Origin: Octopus sinensis
Lineage: Eukaryota
NCBI RefSeq assembly: GCF_006345805.1
Contig: NC_043015.1
Location: forward strand, 496,001-560,000
Reading direction: 5' to 3'
Length of the DNA: 64,000 bases
Shown here in pieces: positions 13,975 to 26,721 of the stretch (its first letter is position 1; each line of letters starts with the position of its first letter). Under the pieces are notes generated by a model that saw only the letters and a program-made list of their open reading frames with translations, did no database searches and was not told the origin of the DNA. A program made the translations under genes and the position numbers.

Positions 13975-14051
13975 AAATGTATGTATATTTATATATATAT
14001 GTGTGTATAATGAAACAGAACGTATATAAATATATATATATAATATATGTT

Positions 14052-14084
<33 letters not shown>

Positions 14085-15246
14085 TTTAGTGCGAGTTTAC
14101 GTGTGTGTTGAAGAAATTGAACCTGGTGATGCCTTGTGAGTGTACTACCCCAAAAATGAAATATAAAATTTCAAAATATAAATATGCAAATAAATGAATG
14201 AAAATAAATTAAATATCATTTTATAATCGACGTAAATAAAACCAAATAACGAAGTAAAAGTTTAAGCAAAACCCCAAAAGATAATAATAATAATAATAAT
14301 AATAACAATAATAAAATAATAAAGATATAGATGAGGTTAATAGTCTAGAAAACCTAAAGTAATCTTTTAAATATATGTACCACTACCGAAATGCATAACA
14401 ATGATATTATAACGTAGTTATTCATATTTAAATTTTAAATTTATATCGCCCACCTTCAACCACGCCATATCTACGCCGAATATGTTGGCATCAAAGAGAT
14501 TACATAATAGATATTTTCTGGGGGTAATTTTTATTTTTTTATGATTTCTAAATGAGGATGATACCATCAACATAATGTTGTAGACACAAAACAATGAGGA
14601 GAGAAGCTAGAAATAAAAAAAAATTCCTAAAAGTATAAAGAGGTACAAAAACACACAAAAAACATCTTATAAAATAAACGCATAGGAAATTATGTTCTTC
14701 ATGCTCAGTTAACGAAGAGATGTTTAAATGATATCCATTATACACTAGAGCTATATCAATTTCATCACAAAGCTATATGAGAAGTACGATATCAAGTACA
14801 AGGGTTTGGAGTAGGTTTGGCGGTATTTCGGTGTTTAAAATTTTGCAGATTATTTAACGATAAAACTAAAATGTGTCATTCACATTTCCCTGCAAGATGA
14901 TATATGTTGTTGTATGTGTATGTATATGCGTATATAAAAACACTTACATACATACTTAGACGCACATACACACTCATGTATTTACATATAAACACTATCA
15001 CACTCAACGCACAAACTCATATGTAAATGTACATAAATATATGTACATAAATGCATATAGATATACGTACGCACATACGTACACACACACGCACACACGC
15101 ACGAACATTTAGACACATATATGTAAGCATGTATGTATATTGATATACGTACATAGATTGTTCTTATATATGTAAATATGCGTGTATGTGTGCGTGCGTG
15201 TCTGTGCGTGTGTTTATAGATCGATTGACAGATATACGTATACATA

Positions 15247-15279
<33 letters not shown>

Positions 15280-15430
15280 ACATGGATATTCATATATATA
15301 TATATATATATATAGGTTTTTTTTTACCATATATATGTGAGTGTGTAGATTCAAGGTGTTTATCCCCCCATTTACTCAGGGTAACATACTGTACAACACA
15401 TTTACGAATGTTTGCTTGAAAATGCACATG

Positions 15431-15469
<39 letters not shown>

Positions 15470-16068
15470 AATGTAAAAAAAAAAACGAAAGAAAAATATG
15501 AAAAAGAATTTGAACACATACGAGAACAGCTATAAATTTAACAATTATATCTAACCATCGTATATTATCAGATCTTACATTTAGCTAAACACATATACAT
15601 ACATAGGTACACATACATAAACGCATGAATGCATACTTTCGTATATCCCCCCCTGCACCCAGACGCATATATATGTAGATATATATTATATATATGCAAA
15701 TATGTATGTGCGTGTGTATATATATATATATATGCTTGTGTGTATCCATAATTTATTTGTATATATATGTATGTATGTATCTATGTCTTATCGTTTAATG
15801 TACGTATTCTATTTTCAGGCGACATCTTGTTTAGGATAACATCAGCAACACTCGAATACACCAGAATTCTCTTGTCATAAATTTAATCTCTTCATTGAAT
15901 AATGTGTCATCGTATAAAAATTACTAGTTTTCATAGGTTTACTTAAATGTTTCTTTTATTATTTCATATCAATTATAATTTTTAAACGCTTTTCCTTATA
16001 TCCTCTTTTTTTTGTCCTGTTTTTGACGTCGTGGACGAAATATATGAATAATAATTCATTGCTTATAT

Positions 16069-16106
<38 letters not shown>

Positions 16107-18014
16107 AACATAAAAATGAAGGCAATAAATTTATGTTTATTGATATTTTCACTCGGAGACGGGGAAGCGGAAAGTCTTAATATCATTTCACACTCTCATA
16201 CCCAGACGTGTGTTTGTTTGTATTTTTGTGAGTAACGTAGCTCTTCCGTATTTTTGAATTAACATTTTTTTACTTTTTAGCTTATCTTGTGAACATAACT
16301 AAGTAGAAATCAACAAATCCAGGCGTATTCCTCCTTCAGCTGTCAATCAGATCACAAAGTGATTGTCACACCTATATAATATGCTTTATATCGTTATATT
16401 ATAAGTACGTTTTAAACAACTAGTTTACATTTAAACGTGTTTTAAGTTACACCGGTAGATATCTAGTCTCAGAAACAACGAAAAACGTTAGGTTATTTGT
16501 GTCGAACCGTATTCTACTGAATGTAATTTACTTTTTAACTACTGTCGTCATAATTTCTCGGAAATAACATCGATTTTAAACATAGAGGGAACCTCTTCCT
16601 TATCGATTATACTGCTAGAAAAAAGCATTCAAATAACTCTCAGATCATATCGTACCTACTCGAAACAGAGAAGGGTACTTTAGATAATGTCCTCCTTGAG
16701 AGCTTTGAGAAAATAGAATGATCCTGAGTGAAATACGTTTGAGCATGCGTAGGTTGCTCAATTAGAGCTGATTTTGGACTACATCACATTCCAGCTTATT
16801 ACTGCAGCTAAACAATCATGCAGTTTCTATCACAGTAAGCCAAAATATTGAAATTATTTCAATGAACACTTGTCAAACTCATTGAACTAGTCCATCTTTC
16901 TAATAATATTTTTTAATTTTAGGCAAAGCTAGCAATTTTGAAGAGGAGATTATTTGTTGATTACCCGATAACCTCGAAACCAATATTTCACATTTGATTT
17001 TTTTTATTGATCCCTATAAATGAACGGTACATTATTTTATCGATGAGGGAAGAAGACTTCGACAAGATTCGAAATAAAAACGCACTACGTACCGAAGGGA
17101 ATTTTTCTGTAGGTAAATGATTCTTAGGTGAACACAAGAACCAATAAGATGCCACCATCTTATTGGTTCTTGTGTTATATGCAACAACAGTGATTTCTTA
17201 CATAGGTACAAAGCGTAACAATGTTATGAGGAGGTGCGGGTGGAGAAGGAGTATTTTCCATTGTATTAGTTCCTGCTCATCAGTAATTTTGGAAATATTT
17301 TCCGTTCGCAGTTGGGTAATATCTAATGTGACTGACATCTTCACAGACAACAACAAAGAAAAGTTAAGAAATAAAATTCGGCATTATAGTGACTGTTTTA
17401 TACAAAAACACTTTCTTAAGTGAAAAATAGCTGAAAAGTCCGCACCATATATCAACGGATCAAAAACATCTAAGCTATGTGTAGCTGGAAGAACAGAGAT
17501 CCGTTTTCGATCTAAAGAGTCTATCGTACAGCTGAATTCAAGATTTTAAATTTTGAGTGGTTGTAATTATATGGATAAGTTCCCGTTGACAAATGTGTAA
17601 GTTCAACCTGCTCCGGATTGAACAGCTGTACTGCAGACTCTATACTTTCAGCCTTATGACCTTACGGTCAAATGAGACATAATCCCAAATTCTCCCCTCT
17701 TGCGTTTTTCTATTTTCTCTTTTGTTTTCCGGTTTTGCAACCTTCCACCTTTTATATCTTTCTTCTCGCGTGTTCTCGTTTTTTCTCTCATCCTATCGTC
17801 CTGATTTTATATTTTTATGCCATGTGGGCACAACCTGGGGTCTGCGCGAAGACACCTGCCAAAAATGCTGACTGAGCTGTTTTCATCGCATCAACCATTA
17901 AGCGTATAGCAACCCATTAAAAATATATATTGTGTTTATTGAATAATATTTATCGCTTACTAGGAGTACCTTTTTGTTAATCTTATCATCAAGGAACAGT
18001 ACACACGATATATG

Positions 18015-18107
<93 letters not shown>

Positions 18108-18470
18108 AATTATATACATACATAATACGCTCACATAGATACATGCATACAAACATGCATGCATGTACAAGTGCATACGTACACATTCGCGATATAAAAT
18201 GCAATAATGTTTAATACAATTGAAAATAGCTTACGTGTAGAAAGTTATTTTACTACAAACCTAACAGCTTTTATTTATTTATGCATTTATTTATTTGGTT
18301 ATTTGATTATTTGGTGTCGGACGTAAACGTCTGTGAATTAATCACTGGACACTCATATGGAATATATCATATACGTGTTGTCAGAATAATTATAGAGAAG
18401 AAACCATTAAGTTAAGATATATGACTGAACCGTTATTTGACAGAAACCAAAATAAGAAATTACATTTTGT

Positions 18471-18570
18471 NNNNNNNNNNNNNNNNNNNNNNNNNNNNNN
18501 NNNNNNNNNNNNNNNNNNNNNNNNNNNNNNNNNNNNNNNNNNNNNNNNNNNNNNNNNNNNNNNNNNNNNN
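18471..18570. other. Assembly gap (100 N)
   Basis: Exactly 100 Ns, a typical scaffolding placeholder of unknown true size. Confidence 0.99.
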
Positions 18571-18727
18571 AGCCTAATTATTTATTGTATCTGTCTTATT
18601 TGCCGAAACGGTAAGTTACGAGGACCTACAAAAAGGCAACCGATGCTGGTGTGTTTAGGTCCCCGCAATTAGCGGGGAATTAAGTAGGGGGACAAAGTCA
18701 GATACACAAACAAATACATACATACAA

Positions 18728-18772
<45 letters not shown>

Positions 18773-19029
18773 TATATGTGTTGTGTGTGTGTGTGGGTGT
18801 GTTTGTGTGTGTGTGTGTCTATGTGTGTGTGTGGTGTGTATGTGTGTGTGCGTGTGTGTGTGTACATGTAAATATATATATATATATGTATATATCAGAG
18901 ATAATGGTGTCTTGAAACCCAAAGGTGTAAGGTAATGCTGAATAAGTGCTATAGACAGACCATAGTTAAGTTCCAGGTTCCGTAATTTTGCGAATAAGGG
19001 GTTCAACGTTGGTCATTTGTCAGCGTGTG

Positions 19030-19160
19030 TATATAAGAAATTTTTGCGTAAAAAAAACCCCAAGGCTGTGTAGATATTAGAGCATTTATAGCATCTATAA
19101 ATGCTCTAATATCTACACAGCCTTGGCGTTTTTATCTTATTACGCAAAAAATTGTTATAT
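19030..19160. repeat. Palindromic element with perfect 32-bp hairpin
   Basis: Arms 19060-19091 and 19095-19126, loop CAT; imperfect outer arms run into TA tracts. Confidence 0.9.
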
Positions 19161-19167
19161 ATATACA

Positions 19168-19325
19168 TACGATAGGCTTCTTTCAGTTTCTGCCTACCAC
19201 ATCCATTCACAAGACATTCTTCGGCCAGAGCAGAAGACACGTCTTGAAGTTGACACGCATTAGTACTGAACCCAGAGCCATGTGATTGAGAAGAAAGCTT
19301 CTTACCTCACAGCCACTCCTGCGCC
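19168..19325 (-). mobile_element. SINE family B head half
   Basis: ggcttctttcagtttc...cttacctcacagccactcctgcgcc. Confidence 0.8.
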
Positions 19326-19470
19326 TATACACACACACACACACACACACACACAACACTCACACACACACATATATATATATACAGAGATAGAGATAGA
19401 GACAGAGAGAGACATGCATATGTGGGTACAGGACATCACCAATAGTAAACAACACGCAATATGAAAAATT

Positions 19471-19749
19471 ATGAGTTCGATACGCACACAAGGAAAGAAA
19501 GAAATGGAAAACAGTACAAGTAACATAAAGAATGACCCTTCATCAGTTGTCGGTTGTTTATCTACTCCTTATTTCGAGCTTTGAACGACAACTTTAAAAT
19601 GAGTTTTCGAAGACATTTGCTTCCATAAGTACTAAAACGAAATTTGGGATTTATATCGTGCAAAGCTCGAAAACTGATGAACGGTCGTTTTTTATGTTAC
19701 TTGTCCTGATTTCCATTCGTTACTCTTGTTGTTTGCGTATTGAACTCAT
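19471..19749. mobile_element. MITE-like element with about 100-bp imperfect TIRs
   Basis: atgagttcgatacgc...aatggaaaacagtacaagtaacataaagaatgacccttcatcagtt..tttcgagctttgaacga is mirrored by tcgtgcaaagctcgaaaactgatgaacggtcgttttttatgttacttgtcctgatttccatt...gcgtattgaactcat. Confidence 0.7.
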
Positions 19750-19839
19750 TTGTTTTTATATCTTATTTTGTTTACTGTTGGAAATCGACTGATCCCCTCT
19801 CCAGAAAATTTCTACCCTTGTTGCAAAATTTTAAACGAG

Positions 19840-19890
<51 letters not shown>

Positions 19891-19927
19891 TATTATTATC
19901 ATTATTCTTATTACTACTATTATTATT

Positions 19928-20110
19928 AAGGCGGTGAACTGCCAGAATCGTTAGCAAGCTGGATGAAATGCTTAGCGATATTTTTTCCGTCGCTACGTTC
20001 TGAGTTTAAATTCCGGTGAAGTCGACTTTACCCATTATCCTTTCTGGTTCGATAAATTAAGTACGAGTGGAGAACTCGGTTCGATGTAATCCACTAGTTC
20101 CCTCCCGCCT
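19928..20110 (+). mobile_element. SINE family N (aaggcggcgagctggcagaatcg...), following (ATT)n
   Basis: A-box-like TGGCAGAATCG, B-box-like GAGTTCAAATTCC, central gtcgactttgcctttcatcctttcggggtcgataaattaagtacc domain; many copies in the window. Confidence 0.85.
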
Positions 20111-21263
20111 TGTTATTATTTCGTAACGGAAACAAATCATAATCGTTAACTTACCCTCGAACATATATGATTTTTATTTGTTTTAAGTTTAATGAATCGA
20201 CTGTCGCAAGAGACGGAAAATTCATTAATTAGTAAATACAATGCATATATAAAGATTAAAATCCTCTTGCTTTTTAGTTTTGTTTTGTTTTTGTAAACAT
20301 TAATTTAATTCCTGTTATCTACTCTCCTGTTATGTAACAAGTGACATTTATAAACAGTTTCGTTAAAGTTAATCTTGTTTTATCAACACTCCCTGGTTGG
20401 TGACCGCATGTAAAACAAACACCGGTGTTCGGATGTTACAATTAGCAAATATTTTGTCTAAAAGTAAAGGGAAATCAAGAAAAAAAATCGTCCAAATAAA
20501 TACATCAGTAAACTAAAGAAACACAGAATGATTTGTTTCCCAAAGGTCCTGTAATATAAAGAAAGAATAAGACGACTGCTAATCATAGGGAGAAGCTGCT
20601 AGTCGAACACAAGTAGTGTTTTTCCTTAGCAAGAATTCGTCACCTTTTCACTCCAATCGTTGGTTTACAATATTGAGTTAGAACACTGATTGTCCTACAT
20701 GAAACATGGCAGTATTTACGGAGATTCTTGTCCTATTAGAATTAACGGCCACATCACCTGGTAATCACACGCTATTGGGTTAATAAGCGAAGAACACATT
20801 GAACAATTCTTGGTATACTAGAGTAAAGTTGTGGCTGTAGAAATGTGGCATACACCTATGTTTCATCACATCTGAAGATTGTCTATACATGAACAACATC
20901 AAGAAAGTAACGTGACACATTTATCCGTATACAAATACACGCACATACATACATGCACTGGTAAATGTGACGCAAGTTCTTCGTCACAATTCTATACTAG
21001 AATCCATTAAAAAAAATTCATATCCGCGTTTTTCAACTCCAGTTGTTGTTTAATATATACAAGAGAAAAGAAGGTGAGTGAGAAATGTTGATTTTCAATG
21101 TCGGTTAACCGGGTCAAAATATGCTGTGGTGTGAAGTGTCACAAATATAAAAGGTCATTAACCGCCATATCCAAAATCATCGCCCAGAATGTCTCCACAA
21201 CCTCGTCGTCACCACCACCACCATCAACAACAACAAGAGCAACAACAACACTACCACCACCAT

Positions 21264-21426
21264 CACCATCTTCACTAACAGCAACATGAATGCTGATTCT
21301 ACCAGCATAGCACCACCCACGAAAATACTACTAAAACAGCGTACATAGCAACACCGTCATTTCGCTACCACCACTACCACCACCACCACCAGCAGCAGCA
21401 GCAGCAGCAGCAGAAGAAGAAGAAGA

Positions 21427-21515
<89 letters not shown>

Positions 21516-21523
21516 CAACAGCA

Positions 21524-21555
<32 letters not shown>

Positions 21556-21700
21556 AGCAGCAGCAACAACAACAACAACAACAACAACAATATCACCACC
21601 ATCTGCACTAACAACAACATGAATGTTAATTCTACCAGCACAGCACAGCACCACCAACAAAAATACTACTGAAACAATGTAGATGACCACACCATCGCTT
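21264..21700. repeat. (CAC/CAG/GAA/CAA)n array flanked by a diverged ~100-bp direct repeat
   Basis: Array 21370-21590; repeat copies at about 21264-21365 and 21595-21700. Confidence 0.9.
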
Positions 21701-22007
21701 CCCAAACCGGCTGTCCCACAGACAGCACCAACACACGCATCATCGTCAACTCTCCACCATTCCCCTAACAGTAGCAAAAATCATTTTACCACCACCACCT
21801 CCACTTCCACTGCAAAAATCGTCACTATTATCACTAGCTCCAGACCTAAGTAACGTGAACCCACTAGCTTGCTCCCGACTTTATGAGGGAAGTACTGTGG
21901 CGATCCTTAAAAAAATGGCATTTTCGAGACACACTACATTGCTAATAACAGTAAGGAAACACTGGTAAATATAGTTTGAGATAATAAAATGAATAGACAT
22001 ATGCTTA

Positions 22008-22288
22008 GACCGTCGGTTACGGCTACGAGGGTCCCACTTAATTCGATCAACCGAACAGCTTGGTAGTGAAATTAAGGTGAAAGTGGTTGTGCACCCCAAA
22101 AGAAACATATCATAATGTAGAAAGATACAGCGTAGCCCTACTGGTACAAATAATTTTGCTATCTGAGTGGATTGGAGCTATGAGAGATAACTGTCTTGCT
22201 CAAGGATATAATGCACCACCAGGAATCAAAATCACGACTTTATGTTCATTTGCTGAATACCGTAAATACTAAGCCACACGCATTCACT
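22008..22288 (-). mobile_element. Old tRNA-derived SINE, head/body type 2 with family A tail
   Basis: Head and body match the 49722 SINE; the 3' end matches the family A tail (gctgttcggttgatcg...ccctcgtagccgtaaccgacgg). Confidence 0.65.
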
Positions 22289-22309
22289 CTGATTAGAAAA
22301 CATTTGGTA

Positions 22310-22532
22310 ATCTAGCAGAAAGGATAGCACGCCAGGCAAAATGCGTAGCCGTATTTCGTCTGCCGTTACGTTCTGAGTTCAAATTCCGCCGAGGTCGACA
22401 TAGCCTTTCATCCTTCGGGGTCGATAAATTAAATACCAGTTACGCACTGGCTTCGATATAATCGACTTAAACCGTCTGTCTGTCGTTATTTGTCCTCTCT
22501 GTGTTTAGCCCCTTGTGGGCAGTAAAGAAATA
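22310..22532 (+). mobile_element. SINE family N, long-tail variant
   Basis: Ends ...tgtttagccccttgtgggcagtaaagaaata, as in the 62.5-63.4 kb units. Confidence 0.9.
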
Positions 22533-22546
22533 AGAAAACATTTTAC

Positions 22547-22648
22547 CAGAGGTCATTTTGACCGCTTCGGATTTGTATGAAATCAATGAGAACAATGAGA
22601 ACACATAGAAACAAACGGTATAGGAAAAAATACCATTTACAACAAGAA
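22547..22648 (-). CDS. Candidate 102-nt exon with hydrophobic/signal-peptide-like content
   Basis: ttttacgccttacctttag|..|gtaaaa; phase 1-1; xLVVNGIFSYTVCFYVFSLFSLISYKSEAVKMTSx. Donor is moderate; unverified. Confidence 0.2.
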
Positions 22649-22833
22649 CTAAAGGTAAGGCGTAAAACACTTAAGGCTCCTTCCCCTAACAACAACGATA
22701 ACACGAACACAAAAGTACCTCTGTGAAATTTGTTGCTATCAATTTCAATTAACGGACATAGCCATCAACTATTGAAGAGGTTGTAAGAAGCAACGAAAAT
22801 TTAAGAAAAAGTAAGTTAATGAGTGGAAATCGA

Positions 22834-23225
22834 TCATCATCATTGTTCGACCGTGGTCGAGACAATGGAATTTACCATGTTGCGCCAGACTTCACGGTCC
22901 ATCATAGCATTACGGAGGTCCTGTTGCTGGATGCCTGTATCCCTGGAGATTACATCAGGGTAGGAGAGTGTGCGCCCTCTGGTGTTGCGAGTAGATGGCT
23001 TCCAGAGGAGAAGAGTAGAAATTACTTCTTTTTCAGCTCTACAACAATGTCCAGCAAACTGGACTCTCCTACCCTTCACAAGAGATGACACAGGTGGTAA
23101 TTTCCCATATATTTGCATTTTAGTTGGATGGCGCCTCCACGAGAGATTTTGAGCTCTCATAAGGAGGCGAGTGTAGGTTCCATCCAACCGCCTCTCAAGC
23201 TTCTTTGATAACGTCCAGACTGGTG
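22834..23225 (-). mobile_element. 5'-truncated RTE-type LINE (ORF2 C-terminus, (TGA)n tail)
   Basis: WTLSKKLERRLDGTYTRLLMRAQNLSWRRHPTK..RRVQFAGHCCR..GRTLSYPDVISRDTG..LRNAMMDREVWR is a typical RTE-clade C-terminus; the frame is intact to the stop, followed by tgatga. Confidence 0.9.
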
Positions 23226-23652
23226 AGTGTGTTAATTAATAGCACATTAAAACAGCACGACTCTCCCTTCACACAATAAAATATGCCTCAACACACGAGT
23301 TCACATAAAGAATCTGGCAAGCCAAATACAAAATCGAAATCATTCAAAGATTTTTCCACTAAAACCCCATAAATTCTCACTTTCACCATAATTTCTTTTA
23401 AGTTCGAATCAGACGGGGGATTTGCAGCGATTGTTTAAGAAAGCACGAAGATGCCATCGTGTTTTGAAGATTCCGTGCATTAAATATATGACGCTTAACT
23501 TAAAAATACGTACTGTATATGAAGGGGTAGTGACATGTTGCTTGCCGATCCTACTCTACAGTCTTTTAATTCTAAAACCATCTTAACATTGTAAACTAGT
23601 TTAAAGAAAATTAATAAGTAAATAAATAATTAATAAAAATAGATTTATGCAT

Positions 23653-23746
<94 letters not shown>

Positions 23747-24377
23747 TAAAAAGATAAATAAAAGTAAACTCGCCTGTATCTGACTAAAGTTCTGCATCGT
23801 TTATTTTTCATGTGTCATAAATGGGTTATTTATTTATTCATATTTTTTTATTCATTAATATTACTTTTTTTGTGAATTATACAATTGTTTGTTTGTTTGT
23901 TTGTTTGTTTTTTTTTGAAAGTTTTCTCTCTTTATGGCACACATATGCGTCTGCCATTATGTTGAAGACTAATGTATATATACGTATATTTATGAAGACA
24001 TATATTTACACACAAATATATGTAAATGCATATGTTTATATTAAAAAACTTACACTAATGTGTGTATATATGTATGTCGATATATATATATATATATATA
24101 TACATGCATATATATTGACATACTTATATACGTACACTAGTGTACGTATTTTATATAAACATATACATTTACACACATATATATATTTGTCGTGTCAGTC
24201 TCTAGATACTCAAAGATTTTGGGAATACAAAGATTTTGGGGCACAGAAGGTTTTCGTAGTTTGCCTCTAAACTCACAGACGTAACTCAGAGTAGCGAGAG
24301 ATTGATGCAACCCAAATATTACCAATATCTACAATCCTATAGAGTACTGCTTTTTTCCGACAGTCACCAAAAAACAT

Positions 24378-24560
24378 TAGATCGGTAGCCACTACACATT
24401 CTTTATTTTCTCTCCTTGTTTCTTTCTGTGTTCCTTTCTTTGGAAGAGCATAGGCTCGAAACGTGAAAGACTTTTTCACTTCCCGAACGTTATACTAATA
24501 AATCTGTTTGTTGTCTACACCACCTGTCTTCGTCTTTTTTTTTTGTGAATTCTCCCTATA
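24378..24560 (+). mobile_element. Dispersed ~185-bp element, copy 1 (Penelope-like end with hammerhead-like motif)
   Basis: Homologous to 29555-29735 (-) and 48788-48960 (+); motif cttt-ctttggaa-gagc-atag-gctc-gaaa-cgtg-aaag. Confidence 0.7.
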
Positions 24561-25238
24561 TGTACGTATGTATGTATGCATATACATGATACAAGATTGC
24601 ATAACATTATTCCAGTCACCTGTTTCGGTCGAACTTGTTGCCGCTTCGTTTAGCTGATTTCATCAGCTGTTTATCGCTCAGAAAACATTTCGTTGATCCT
24701 TGCTCCAAGAATATATTAACATTTTTTCCTGTTCTGTTCTATTTCCTGAATTTTTCTCTTCCACCTATTAGGGTTCACCTCGAAGTTTTCCTTATGACAT
24801 TCGGAGGTCATCACTAAGTGCATTATCATGCAAACTCCACCTGATCATATCTACTTGCATGCCAGCTCAGCGCTTTAAAACCATCGCTAACTTTACTGAA
24901 GTCCAATGGTCAATGGTTCAAATTTCAACATCTGTAGTAATGCTTTTTACAGTTTCCCTCTATACAACAGAATCAGTTTGTGGGCAGATTCGGTGTGCAT
25001 CAGTTATGCTTGTTCTCATACTTCAGAATCTTATAAACCATTATAGACAATGGTGAACAAATCATAACACTTATTGGTTAGGGCTGTCTTTAATTGTTCC
25101 TTAAAACGAATACAGACGCCTCATTCAATTTATTGAGAGACAAATTGCATCCTCGGGTTCGTGGTCTTTTCTTTTAAAGAATTCATCAGGAATACAGGTG
25201 TTAACTTTTGTGACATCTCGCATTATTCCTTTCGTTCT

Positions 25239-25458
25239 AAGGCGGCGAGCTGGCCGAATCGTTAGAACGCCGGGCGAAATGCTTGGCAGTTTTTCTTCTG
25301 ACTTTGCGTTCTGAGTTCAAATTCCGCCGAGGTTGACTTTGCCTTTCATCTTTTCGGGGTCGATAAATTAAGTACCAGTTGTGCACTGGAGTCGATCTAA
25401 TCGACTGGCCCCCTCCCCAAAAATTTTGGGCCGTGTGCCTAGAGTAGAAAAGAATATT
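25239..25458 (+). mobile_element. SINE family N, short-tail variant
   Basis: Full head aaggcggcgagctggccgaatcg; 3' gactggcccctccccaaaa...gtgcctagagtagaaaagaatatt. Confidence 0.9.
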
Positions 25459-25929
25459 TTGTTATTTCTGGAAGGTGATCTATGTTCACACTTCCCTCTG
25501 GCTAGTAATATTGGTAAAGCTGTTGATGTTGCCACTGGCATTCTTTGCAGCATCACCATTTCCCCTTTTGTGTTTAATATAATGTAACAGCCTTTTACTT
25601 TGAACAGTTTTTGCCTGTATAAATTCTACTTTACTAAACATTATTGAGTAGGGTGACATTGTCATTGCCGCCGGTTGTGTGGCATTGCGGCTAGCACGTC
25701 TTCTCGCCTTCCAAAACCAGTTAATGTTGAATCGCTAGTAAAATATCGCATATTTCCGAAGAACCGAGATTTCTCATCATCTCTGTATAATGTGATGGAA
25801 GATTAAACATTGAAAATACATCTCTTGGTGAAACCATACAGAAAATGCTATCAAAGTTATCGTGGTAAATGCAATTGTGTCGAAAGGTTTGTAATGTGGG
25901 CCCGTCCATTGCACTCAATAATAACAAAA

Positions 25930-26400
<471 letters not shown>

Positions 26401-26413
26401 TAACTGTATCATT

Positions 26414-26721
26414 GTTGTTGTTGTTTATTCCTTCTCGAGCCACTCCTGGTTCATAGGGCCGGTTTCCCGGTTTCCTTGGTGTACAGGTTCCCCACCTGGA
26501 GGGGACGCCGGTCCGTCGCAAGTGAGCTGCAAGACGCAGGAGGAAAGAGTGAGAGGAAGTTGTGGCGAAAGAGTCAGCAGAGATTCGCCTTTACCTTCTG
26601 TCGGAGCCGCGGGGAACTTTGGTGTTTCGCTCATAAGTAGACACATCGCCCGGTGTGAGATTCGAATCCGCGATCCCTCGGCCGCGAGTCCGCTGCTCTA
26701 ACCACTAGGCCATGTGCCTCC
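26414..26721 (-). mobile_element. tRNA-derived SINE: family A head/body with alternative tail, (CAA)n end
   Basis: Head ggaggcacatggcctagtggttagagcagcggactcgc; TSD aactgtatcatt (26402-26413) / aactgtagcatt (26724-26735). Confidence 0.9.

Noticed and set aside
16116-16227. Signal-peptide-like MKAINLCLLIFSLG first exon
   Set aside because: Directly follows a TA tract, weak exon-side donor context, stop right after the donor, no further support.
19660-19700. CTGATGA as a hammerhead core
   Set aside because: No GAAA follows the putative stem II; it is part of a MITE TIR.
21370-21590. Poly-Q/poly-A coding tract
   Set aside because: No plus-strand ORF spans it in the supplied track and the flanking frames I read hit stops; no splice context found.
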